Assembly: GCF_036321535.1 (NCBI RefSeq)
Contig: NC_087472.1
Span: 16,120,001 to 16,184,000, forward strand
DNA length: 64,000 nt
Source of the DNA: Camelus dromedarius
Taxonomy: Eukaryota
Direction of reading: 5' to 3'
A program made the translations under genes and the position numbers. Shown here piece after piece: positions 12,788 to 23,560 of the stretch (within the stretch, counting starts at the first letter, position 1; the number at the start of each line of letters is the position of its first letter). The notes beneath the pieces were generated by a model. It did no database searches. It was not told where the DNA came from and was given only the letters and a program-made list of their open reading frames with translations.

Positions 12788-13859
12788 GTGGGCAGGGCAA
12801 TGTCATGGACTACTGCGTGACCATGTGCACACAACGACGCCTCACAACCCGCCCCCCCACCCCCACATATGACCTTTCCCGTGGGCAGGACAGTGCTGGC
12901 ATTTGATCATCCTTCCGACGAGCCCTGGGCACTGTGACTGTGCAGGCCAACTGACATGACCCGGTAGCTGTGTGGTCTACCCACCTCAGTGGAGTGGAGA
13001 TGAGTTAAGCACCCAAGGTAGTCAGCCCTAGGGGAGTGGCAGCTTCCTGTCTGCAAGATTCACCAATGGAAGGCAGCTGCAGAAATCTCTCAGCAGACGG
13101 CCTCCTGGAAAGAAGGGGCTTCATCTCACTTTGCATGATCATGGAGCTTAGGGACCTTTGCTGCAGAGACATGAAGTCCCCGTATCTTTCTTCTATAGCA
13201 ACAGGAGGAATAACTCTTTTTGGGCTAGGAGTGGGAAAGAGCCAGAGAACTGATTATGCCTGGGTCTTGAAGGGAGGGCAAGAGTTCCACAGACAGAAAG
13301 GTGGGAAACGATATAAAAATCCTGAAAAAGGTGGCTGGCAGTTCTTTGGATCCATCGCTAGGACCAATCCTGGGAGGCTGCCATGCATTACTTTGTCCTC
13401 GGTATTCCCTGACATCCCCCAAGTGTCTGCAACCTGAACTGACTTGCCAAAATTCCAAGTACAAACCTTGGGTCCTTCACACACTGCCCAGCCCTGTACT
13501 ATCCGATCCCAGAGCTCGCACGATTCCCCTGCATCTCTGCCCTGATGTTTCTTCATGTCCGTATCTAATAGTGAAGAACTCACACTTACCTGTCAGGGTG
13601 GAAAGGGTAGAGCATGGAAGGTTTCCTGGAGGAGGAGACCATTGATCTAGGGCTGGGTAAAGTGGATAAGCAAGATTTCCAAAGTCTGAGATGACAGGAA
13701 ACAAAGGAAAAGATACGTGCCAAGGCTTCAGAAGTAGAGCCAGGCGTTGAAGGATGGACACAGATGTAGAAAGAGAACAGTATGAGCAATGATTTCAGTG
13801 CTTTGGCTGGGCCTTGAGAAATGGGCACTTTGCAGCAGACCACCTGGGGCAATGGACAA

Positions 13860-14530
13860 CCTCGCCGTCAATCATTGCAGGCCCACCAATGACGATGTCG
13901 GGGGCGGGGCCGTAGGACGTCCACGACGCCTTACCACGTAACCGCGCTCGCGACCCTGGATTGTACAGCGCGGCTTCCGTGGACCGTTCCTCCGCGTGAT
14001 GAGGGGACATGGCGGCTCCCTTTCCAGTGACCTCAAAAGTGTAAGTTTCATTGATTTCACTTCGTAGTGGGCTGTCCGCCGTGTGATTCGGAGAGAATCG
14101 GGTAGCTGGTGTGTCCGGGTACACTTTGACAGACGTGCGTCCCGGGCTCCTGGGCGGTTGGCGGAGAAGGCCTCCTGGCCGCGTTCGGCCGCAGTGCTGG
14201 GCTTTCTGTGCCAACGTGGTGAAACGTTCAGAACGTGTTCTCTGTTTAAACGCGGGTCTTGGACCGCCCCCTCCCCCAGGTCGTGGGCTTAACGCTTTGC
14301 GGTGTTTGCGGCGTAAAGGGTGGAGAGGGCTGGCGCGGCTGGCCGGGTCGGGGTGGGTGTGGGTCCGGCCCAGCGCGGTGGCCGTTGGGCGCCGCGAGCC
14401 GCTTTTGCCTTTCGCTGTCCGGGGTCGTTGGCTGGATGGCGTCGCCGGGGATTTGTTTGCGTCTTGGTCTTGGCCGTTTTCGCGAGATTGCTTACCAGTG
14501 ACAGGCTGCCTTTGAGCGCGGTTTTGTGTT
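13860..14530 (+). promoter_or_regulatory. Orphan CpG island with promoter motifs and candidate first exon
   Basis: CpG-dense. CCAAT 13886-13890; GGGGCGGGGC 13901-13910; ETS CTTCCG 13974-13979; YY1-type ATGGCGGC 14009-14016; donor GTAAGT 14041-14046; near-BANP motif TTTCGCGAGA 14478-14487. Confidence 0.7.
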
Positions 14531-15199
14531 TCATTTAACCACACGGCTTTAAGGTTAATAACATCTGTTGATTAAATTTCGGAATGGTCGTCTTCATGTG
14601 TTGCCTGAAAAAGAAAAAAATGATGAGAATTTCAACGTGAAAATGAGTAAACAGGTGGCCTGGTCCTTAATCCTGTTCCTCGGTTCCCTGCGGGTGCTGC
14701 GGTTACAGACACGTTGACTTTGTTACAATGTCAGCTTTCAGAATAACGTGATCTTGACAGTTTCCCATCAAAGTTTGGATCTGACTTTTTGTTGTGGTTG
14801 GAAACTCTTGCAGCGGCAGGCAGCAGCAAGGTGGCCTGGATGGGACTGTGGGAAATAGACTTCCAGGCTGTGGACACTCAGCGGCTCAGATACGTCTTCC
14901 CCTAGAATGGCAACATGGATCGGAAGGTAATTTAAAGCATTTCTATCTATGAAAAAGGGTAAAGATGGGACCTGTGGACCACATGGGTGGTGGGAAATGG
15001 TGGCCTGCCAGAGCACGCCCACAGCTGCAGGGTGGACATTTAGCTGGGAGGGATCCTGGAAACACAGGATACAATGAAAGTAATGCAAAGGTCAGTCCTC
15101 CTTCAGATGTTCACCCTGCCATGCGTTCTTGGCCATGTCTTTGCTTGCAGACTTGGCTGGGACCGCACATCCTGTTTGATCCACAGTCTGCAGTATCTG

Positions 15200-15352
15200 A
15201 GTCTAAAAGTTTCATAGCTCTTTCTCACTATCTTCTTTGAGCTTCAGTTTCCTGTTTCGCACAGCAGGATTCATACCATGGTGTCATGGATGTTGTGAGA
15301 ATCAAGTGTGATGACCTCGGTTAAGGGCTTAGCCCACAGGTGGTGCTCAAGG
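15200..15352 (+). mobile_element. MIR SINE
   Basis: gagcttcagtttcctg...gttgtgagaatcaagtgtgatg...agggcttagc matches the MIR 3' half. Confidence 0.55.
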
Positions 15353-16201
15353 AATCCCGACCCCATTTCCGGAGTCCACATATTGGAGCCGAACACGCTG
15401 GTGTTTGGTTCAACTCTCCTTCTTACCACTGCTTCCCACTCTTGTCCAAGCTCTTTAGCCTTTGGCATCTTATCATTGAAATGGTTGTTCCCTTTCTCAG
15501 GGCCAGCAGGCTACCTTAGAAGTTACTCAAGGATCTCCTCGGAAAGCACACCTCTTTAATCCAACTGTGAAGCAACAGGGACGCCCAGGACGCCAGGCTT
15601 TTCCTTCCTCTCAGCAACGTTCTGCTCTGATCAACCTCTCGACACCTTACGTGGAGGCGGCTGTGGCTCAACACCTGCATCTGTGAGGACTTTGTAGCGC
15701 GTGAACCCTTGCAGGCAGAGGGTGCCTGTAGCCTGGCAGTGCCAGAAAGGTCTTCACTTCTTTCCTTTTCTGTATAAATCACTTCTTTTCTGTGTGGTGT
15801 TGAATTTATCGAATTCCAGTGAAGACATTTGGTCATTCGAAGGGGCGCTTGTAGCAGGGGGTGGGCGTTAAACAGAAACACGCACTGTTCTGAAGTGTTC
15901 TCAAAGAGGCTCGTAACCCTCAGGCTCAGCAGCTAACTCTGGTTCCTCTACTTCCTCTGCTTGCCTATTGGTACCAGTTTCAGCCAGAACCTGGCATCAT
16001 AGAAGCTGAAGTTCAGCCACCCGAGTTCAAAGTGCACGTCTGTTTATTGAGGAGAAGTGAGAGTGCCTAGCCTCTTCCCAGCACATGGGCATCTCCTGCT
16101 CTTTTGGTTTATCCCTGTAATGGGTTAAATTACTTTAAATCCTTGGAAGATGGGGGTCATGGTTCATTTCTCACTCAGTGAAAAATGAAACAGATACTGT
16201 T

Positions 16202-16797
16202 TTTTTTCCTGCCTCAGGTTTATTTGTACAAACAGCACAGGTAGACATGAGCCCCATGCAGACAGTAGCCCAGGGGTCACACTAGTCCTTCTGTCCTCAC
16301 ATCAATAGATGAAAGCCTCTACTCTGGAGCCTTTATGTGGGCCTGGGCACCTTTGGGAGACTGAGTCTGAGCCGGAGCTGCGGCTGTGGACTTGGTCTGA
16401 GCCTTGTCCTTGGCCTTTGGCCGACAGAGCCTGAGACCCTTGGCGATGCGGGCACGAGCACGTTTCCCGAGCTTGGGGTGAGCAATGCAGGCAAGTCAGC
16501 TGAGCTCGCGGCTGCTGCCCTGTGGGATCTTAGGCTTGACCTCCTTGGGCTTTCTGAGAGCCTTGACAGCTTCAGCACATGCACTCATGGCCTTGGCGTT
16601 GTTGGCCTGCATCTGCTTCAGGCCCTTCTTGTGCTTCTTGGCAAAGTGCATGTTCCTCAGGAACTTGGGGTCTACCCCCTTAAGAGATTTGTATTGTTGT
16701 GATCGGGGTTTTTTGATGCCGTTTCTGTGCCATTTTCGGGACTGGTTGTGTGTGGTGTGGTTCTTCGACTTGGCCATGCCTGTACCAGAGCCGGGGC
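16202..16797 (-). pseudogene. RPL29: RPL29 processed pseudogene (retrocopy)
   Basis: Intronless. ATG at 16777-16775 gives [24 protein letters not shown].... Premature TGA at codon 94 (16498-16496, CGA in the parent). The frame continues to the native TAG at 16321-16319. The 3'UTR has AATAAA (16224-16219) and a short poly-A. TSD tgaaacagatactgtt 16186-16201 / tgaaacatgtactgtt 16798-16813. Confidence 0.97.
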
Positions 16798-18299
16798 TGA
16801 AACATGTACTGTTCAGGAGAGGCTTTATCCTGACCCATGTTCCTTCACCAAGAGACATGACGGTGACCACATCTGGCTCATTTGCTAGTCAGAGCAGTTG
16901 TGAAACTTACCAGTAACCATGGCGCCTCCACTTCCTTCCACACAGATTTGTGCTGCCATCTGCAATCTTCCTGACTCTTCTCATCGGAGAGCCTAACTGA
17001 ATTTTTTTTATTTTCATTTTGTAGCACCTCTATTGTGGTGCGGTTCCTGTACAGTAAAGTGCACATATTTCACATGTACAATGTGATGGGTCTTGCAAGA
17101 TGTATCCACCAGAAATGAACTGTTTGGTGGGCGATTCTGCTGAGTACTAGCGCTGTAGGAAGTGGTCACAAGGCAGGGCATCCCTAACAGGCTTTTTCTG
17201 ATTGGTGGCAACCTCAGGAATTGGGACCCTTGAGGAGGGAGGAGGTGATACTACTGAGACTCAAGCTGGATGGAAGCTGGCTGCTTAGTTCTTTGCCCGG
17301 GAGCGCATTCCTAGGCCTGCCTTGTCCTGAGGCGTGTGCTCCATCAGCGTTTCCGCGCGTGTGGGAATGGTAATGTACTGTTGAGTTTTTAAGTGCGGTC
17401 TCCCCCGTCAGGCTCATGTTTGTCTTAACTATTCCTTCATGCCCCTTGTTTCTGTGGGTGACAGGAACAGAATGGGTAATAGTGGACACTCGAAGGCAAG
17501 GCCTTTTGAAATGAGATGTCTTCTATGTTGTGCTGATTCCCTGTTACATGCAGACAGTAGTTGACTTGCGACAGCAGCAGGCATTTTGAGAGGCTCGTTA
17601 GCCCACTGGAAATGATGATGTTGGTGGTGGTGGTAGCCATGATGGTGGCTGTGGCGGTGAGGGTGCTGATTAAAAAAAAAAGCCACAGCTGTCACTGGTA
17701 GAAAGCTGAATAGAATGGAGAACTGTCCTTAGTTCTTTTCATTGGTTTATTACCGAATCGTCTCAAAGCCTGTGGTTTAAGGACTGGTAGGGTCTCTGTT
17801 TCCCAGAGAACAGTCATGGTGTGCAGAATGGATTTTGCCTTGGTAACAGAGCCAGCAAAACTGTATAGGGGGCATCATAGCCAGGTTTAACGGGTCCTGT
17901 ATCTTGTGGTATTAATCACTAAGCTGAGAGAAGCCTTCTTACGTAACATTTTCTTGCATGAGAAACCAGCCATTACCCACACCTCCGTGTGCTCCCCCTT
18001 TCTGCTGAGCGTGGTTATCCCGAGGTCACACAGTGTGTTTTTGCAGTAGGAGCCATAAGTGGTCGTGATAATGTCATAAAAGTTGGGAGAATACATTTTG
18101 AATCAAATGGCTTTCATGGCTGAGTTGCCGGCCACCATGATTGTCGGTTCTTTTTGAGAGAAAATGACAGAGGGTAGAGGGCCAGACAAGGGCCGGAGCG
18201 TCCTGATCAGGAAAGATGGAATACCTAGAGGATAGGTCCTTCCTTCAGAGGCCTGCAGCCTGCAGGTGGGGAGAGGACCGGGGACAGCAGCACTGCAAA

Positions 18300-19945
18300 G
18301 AGCTGCTCGTAGAGATCGAGGGCAAGGGGCTGGGGTGTGAAAGTTATGAGAAGCATCGGCGTTCAAATAAGTGTCTTGTGCCCCTTCCGCATCCCTGGTA
18401 CTGCCTGGGACCGGCACAGCACGGGGACCAGGGTGTCAGTGCACGTGGCTGAGTGCGCCACGAGAAGGCACGGCCTTGTGGCAAAGAGGAGACTTTCGTG
18501 CTGGGGGGCTGCTCCTGATTTTCTAGCATCCCTGAGGCTTTTGGACTTTGCTGCTAGGGAAGTTCTTGTGCTTGTGCCTCATGCTGTGCCCTGCCTTAGG
18601 CTGGGGAAAGTGGCTCAGGAAAGGTGGGCCTTCGCCCTCCTACGCTGGGGCCTAGCATGGTCCTCCGAGGGAGTCTCCTGAGAGGCACCTGCTGACGCTG
18701 ATGTTGAACGTGGTGAATGATCCCACTTGGGCGAGCTGACCGCCCAGCGTCTCATGTTGTACTGAGCTGTGCTCCTCAGAGAGGCTAATGAGAGTGAGCT
18801 GCTGTTGCTGGTGTGTTCTGATACTCTGGCCAGACAGCTCTCCTGTCGACACTCCCGTGGCTCGGATGCCTTGTTGAAGTCCTGCCCAGGGCACACACCG
18901 GCCACGGCTGCGTGGGGGGCGTGGGACGTGTTGGGTCCGGGGGAAGAAGTTGGCCGTGGCCGGTTGTCGGGCCTCGGTGCTGATCCGAAGGAGCTGAACA
19001 GAACCAGACCCAGGCTGCAGGGCAGTGGCCAGTTGGGGATCCTTAAGATTTCCACTTGCATGTGTGTGGACACGGTTGGAGCTTGTCCGTGTTCGCTGTC
19101 TGCCCGCTTCCGCTGAGACACTCTGCACATGGGTTGGAAGACAGGCCCCGGGGGAGGGTCCCGTCAGTGGACAGTGCATGAAGCCGGGGCGTTGGGATCC
19201 TCGGGGACAGGTGCGGATGAGCCTGGATGTCCAGGGACCTCCCGGGTCAGGTGTCCGGGCTGGAGGAGGGAGCCCTCCTATGCTTCTTGCTGAAGAGGGC
19301 ACCCCCCCCCCCCAGGCCGTGGCTGTCCCGTCCCTGGTTTATGTGCTGAGAAGCATTGCTGCTTGGTGGTCTGGCCCCTCTGCCATTTTGGTCTCCCTGT
19401 TGGGGTAGCTGACCCTCCCTCAAGGGGACCTTGTCTGCACTGTCAAGGAAGAGGCAGTGCTCAGCAGCATTGAGAATTCGTGCATTGTGCGTGACACTGC
19501 GCTGCCGGAGGGGTGGCAGGGGATGGGGGTTGCACTTTGAGGAGGGAGGGGTGCTGTGATTTCCCCGTTTCGGGCTTTTGATGTCTCTCGATTAGTGAAA
19601 TCTGGGGCCGGCATGTAAGTGGCCCCCAGGGATCTGAGGAGGCTCTGCGGGTATGAGAGCGACCGTGGGGAGGACAAGGGGCTTTGGTGTGAAAGTTGTG
19701 GTGGGTGTTGGTGGAGTCAGGGATGTGTCTCCTGTCCCCTTACCCCGTTCCTCCCACTACCTCTGGGTGTCCCCGGCTGTGATGGAGAAGATAGCACGGC
19801 CCACTGATGGGTGTGCAGTGAGAAAATGTGGGCCTCTTGCAAAGGTGAGACATTAAAATTGGGAGCAGGTCCTTATGCGTCATTTTCCTAGTGACTCGTG
19901 GGCCTCTCCGCCAGGGGAAGGCTTTGCTGTGCGTGCCTCTCTCTG
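18300..19945 (+). repeat. Degenerate local direct duplication (~18300-18590 vs ~19655-19945)
   Basis: 18318-18345 vs 19670-19697 is 25/28 identical. Further colinear blocks at the same ~1.35-kb offset, e.g. 18481-18494 vs 19839-19852. Confidence 0.65.
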
Positions 19946-20839
19946 TGTGCTGTTTTATGTTGTTTATTGAATTTCCTACTGTTGCGTAATAACAGAATCT
20001 GAGGGAGCTCTGAGGAGGAACAGCCGTTGCTGAAACCCTCCTGAGACACTGTCTCCCGCACAGCCCCTCAGCGTTCCATCTTCCTTGATCTTCTCCTGCA
20101 GCTTTGTTGGCTCTTGGGCACTGGCTTTGATGGCCATCTCTCTCTCTGATTTTCAGGAGGGTGTAGCAGAGTTTCTGGCTTCAGCTGCTCAAGTTGTTCC
20201 CTGTTTACTTACCTCTCGCCCTGGACAGGCATCCTTTGCTGCCAGGTCCTTGAGGGAACATTCCTGGCTTGTAAAATTGGCAGGAGGCTTCTTTAGCTTT
20301 TCGAAAAGATTTGCATACATTGCAAAGAGGCAGAGAAAGAGCTGACAAGTTTTCCAAAGGAAACCCTCCCAGAAAAGGGAGGGATGAAAGCCTCCTCTCT
20401 TTTTCCGACAGGGATTAAGGAAACCTTGGTTTCTCCTCCTGCTCTGTGTTTGGGCTCCGCATCCTACCGTGACACACCAGGTCCCCTTGGCATCTGCCCC
20501 CTCCCCACAAGTGGGGCTTCCCGAGTCCTGGCCAGAGTCCGGCCTGTGCAGAGAACTTCTTTAAGTGGAAGTCGTGCCAATGGTACCTTGAGGAAAAGGG
20601 ACAAGTAGGAGCGAGTGTTCCCCCTCCGGCTTGCTTATGCGTTTGTCAATGTCTGTGCCCTGATGGCGAGTTCTCTGTGATCAGTCCGAGGGAGGAATAC
20701 AGCCACAAGCCTTGTTTTCCGATGGTTTCAGTCGATACACTGATGTGTCCAGTCTTGCCAGTTGGAACTGCACTCTTCCTCTCATGTCCTCCCTCTCCTG
20801 AGTGTCCTGGAGGAAATAAATCCTCCCACGTGGCTGAGG

Positions 20840-22170
20840 AATTTGTAGAACACTTCTGTTTCTCCAATAAAATGTGTGTGTTGGGAAACTTCCCACTCGT
20901 AGATTTTGTTATTCGCAGTGACTGCGAGCGTGATGGGTGAAGATGCGTCTCTGTGTGTGCCTGAAAGCATGTGCCGGGGCGGGGCTCTGAGCTCTGTGGT
21001 CTGGGGCATTGGTGGCAGGGGGTTGGTGGCAGGGGGTTGGTGGCAGGGGGCGGGGTCTCCAGGCCAAGGCTGAAGTTCTCCCCTTGCTAAGGTAAGAAAG
21101 GGAGTAGGAGATCTGGCACCTTCCTTTGCGAAGTGATCCTTTTGGCCACCAGGTGAGAAGCACAAGTACGTGCCTGGAGGCTGTGGGCGTGGGGGGCACC
21201 TCCTGGTCCTGCTCAGGGTGAGGCATAGGTGGGGTGGCCGGTATGCTTCTGCAGAACATCAGCCCCGAAGTCCTGAGGCGCGAACCTGGGAGCAGTGAGC
21301 ACACAACACCGTGAACTCCTGGTGCATTCTGCATCAGAACCCAAATCCCCTGAGTCTTAGGACTTCTTCACTGTGGCACACTCACTGCCTGTCTTTGAAT
21401 GGACAGAATCAAAAGGTAACTCAATAGTAGATCCTTTTTGCTGTCATTCATTGCTTAACCATATCAAAACTCTACCCACTCTCTGTAAAATTTCCAATAT
21501 TAAACTTACATTTCATCCGTATAGGTGAGCATGGATTAAACATTTTATCCGTCAGCCTTTTAGTTGGCCATTTGATGCTGGAATCCTCATGCCAGGAGAA
21601 CGTTAAGGTCCATTTTCATCTGCCTAATGACCCTTTGGCCTTGTGGTCATTAAAATCTTCTCCCTGGGGAAAAGGGGGCAAGACTGTGGTGGTGTGTTCT
21701 GGCCGAAGACGTGCCCGCTGGGTGAGTGGGCTCGGGTCTCTCCCTGGGATTTCATGAAGCTGTTGGGCTGCAGGTGTCAGGAACTCAGATCTTGCCACCC
21801 AGCCTAGAGGGCCTCCTGCCTGAGGGCTCCCCCCGCACGTGGAGGTCAGAGAAGCTCCCCTGGCCTCCTGTAACAGCTGGAATTGATTTATTTATATCAT
21901 CATTATCACCCGTTATGTGTTAAGGAGTGGGTCGCCCATTAGGCTGTGAGCCACTCCTACCCAGCTACACTTATGTATGTTCCCCTCTCCTAGCATAGTG
22001 TCCCCATGATGTGTGCCCCTCTCCCCAGAATTTCTGTTTTGGGTGGTGGGGCTTTTGTAAGGGACCGAGGGGTCAGGAGAGCAGATAGCCGGTGACATTT
22101 GGGGGTATTACTATTAACCCGACTCCATTTCAGAACACGTTTTCTTCTTGTAATGAGAGTCTGGCAGTGA
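20840..22170 (+). repeat. Segmental duplication, copy B (GC-shifted paralog of ~5130-6290)
   Basis: See copy A. The offset grows from ~15710 to 15829 because of insertions in B. Confidence 0.85.
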
Positions 22171-22369
22171 ATTTTGTCCCAGTTCCGGTACAGCTGGCAC
22201 TGCCCGTCTCCACTGGCCCCCGGAGGAGGGGGCGTGGTCAAGTGTGTGGTGTCTTCCCTTGGCCTGACTCGGTCTGAGCGAGTTCTGTGAGTTAAGGTAC
22301 CCACAGCCTGAGAGAGCCAGGGGCACACTGAGGCCAGGATTGCTGCTGCTAGGATCTCTATGCATTGCT

Positions 22370-22545
22370 TTTTATATTATTTTTCTTCCATTTTTATAAA
22401 CTGAAGTCTAGTCAGTTTACAATGTTGTGTCAATTTCAGGAGTACAGCATAATAGTTCAGTCGTACATATACATACATATATTCCTTTTCATGTTCTTTT
22501 TCATTATAGGTTGCTACCAGATATTGAATATAGTAGCCGATGCAC
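22370..22545 (-). mobile_element. L1 3'-end fragment
   Basis: aactgaagtctagtcagtttacaatgttgtgtcaatttcaggagtacagc... after a T-rich tail. Confidence 0.8.
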
Positions 22546-23427
22546 GTTAACTTGCACAGATCAGGGAGAAGTTTGCATCTTTGTTTTTCAGGAAAGCAAG
22601 GAATTTGGGAACTGGAGAAGTCTTTAGGAATATGAGTGACCTCAAGGGATAGAGTAATAATTGTTCCCATTTATTGAGATCTTTTCTGTGCCAGGTTTTG
22701 TACTGTTCACTATTTGTAGCATTTTACTTAATCATGACATCCCCTGTTGGTAGAAGACACCATCATCTCAAGTAATATAGTCTTTGAGCTTCCACAGCTA
22801 AGATGTGGATTCTGACCAGGAGTCAGTGTGTGCCTGACCCAGGCCCCATGCCCTGAACCACTAGTTTCTGCTGACTTTAAAACTAAGATGAAGGTTTCAG
22901 CAGGTAAGGAAGGCCTGAAGCTCTGGGTGATTTTAGAACTGAAGGCAATGAATGCCAGTGTAGCTGCTCTTCACCACGGAACTGGGCCATCTCCTTCAGC
23001 CCCTCGCCTCCCTACTATTTACAATGCTTGTGTGACACTACAGCACATAAAAAAACCATTAACTTATTTAACTCATTATGAGTTTTAAACTTTTAATTTC
23101 CTTCCAGTTAAAAAAATGTAAAGTACTATTTCAATAAATACTTTTTCAAATAGCCTTTTTCATAATTTTTAATTATCACCTTAAGATAAGGTCCTAGACA
23201 GTGGACCTTAGAGTAGGAACTTTGAAAAGATAGTTTATTCATATTGCTAAATTGCTTTCAGGAATAGTTGTATCAATTTATTTTCCCATCTGCAAGATAA
23301 AATGTTGTCTGTTCATTTTAATTACTGCATACATTGAGTAGATGCACAATAGATCATTTAAGCATTTCTCTAGTATTTCAATCCATTCTTGTTATAAATA
23401 AGGCTGCCATGAACATCTGTGGAGCAT

Positions 23428-23560
23428 GGCACTGGAGGCCCCAGACGTGGGTTGAATTCCTTTTTTACCTACTAGCTGTGTGTGACCTTGCACACCTGAG
23501 CCTTCATCTGGAAAATGTAGAAATAATGGTTGCCTCAAAAGGTTGTGATGAGAATGGACT
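23428..23560 (+). mobile_element. MIR SINE
   Basis: gcactggaggccccagac...tactagctgtgtgtgacctt...catctggaaaatg. Confidence 0.65.

Noticed and set aside
13795-14544. 249-aa minus-strand ORF over the 14-kb island
   Set aside because: Typical low-complexity CpG-island ORF with no homology, and the promoter and splice motifs point to the + strand.
17429-17695. His-rich ORF (HPHRHSHHHGYHHHQHHH)
   Set aside because: Translation of a degenerate (GGT/GAT)n simple repeat with no exon context.
18100-19410. Possible decayed USP26-like coding sequence (YLEDRS, KVMRS...ISV, ALLKSCPGHT)
   Set aside because: The short matches are not colinear with USP26 as I recall it, and no Cys-box or His-box motif was found. 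A tblastn would settle it.
5849-21855. The two 178-bp repeats as LTRs of one provirus or as CRISPR-like repeats
   Set aside because: No TG...CA termini, PBS, PPT or gag/pol between them. Homology extends into diverged flanks. There are only two copies, in a mammalian genome.
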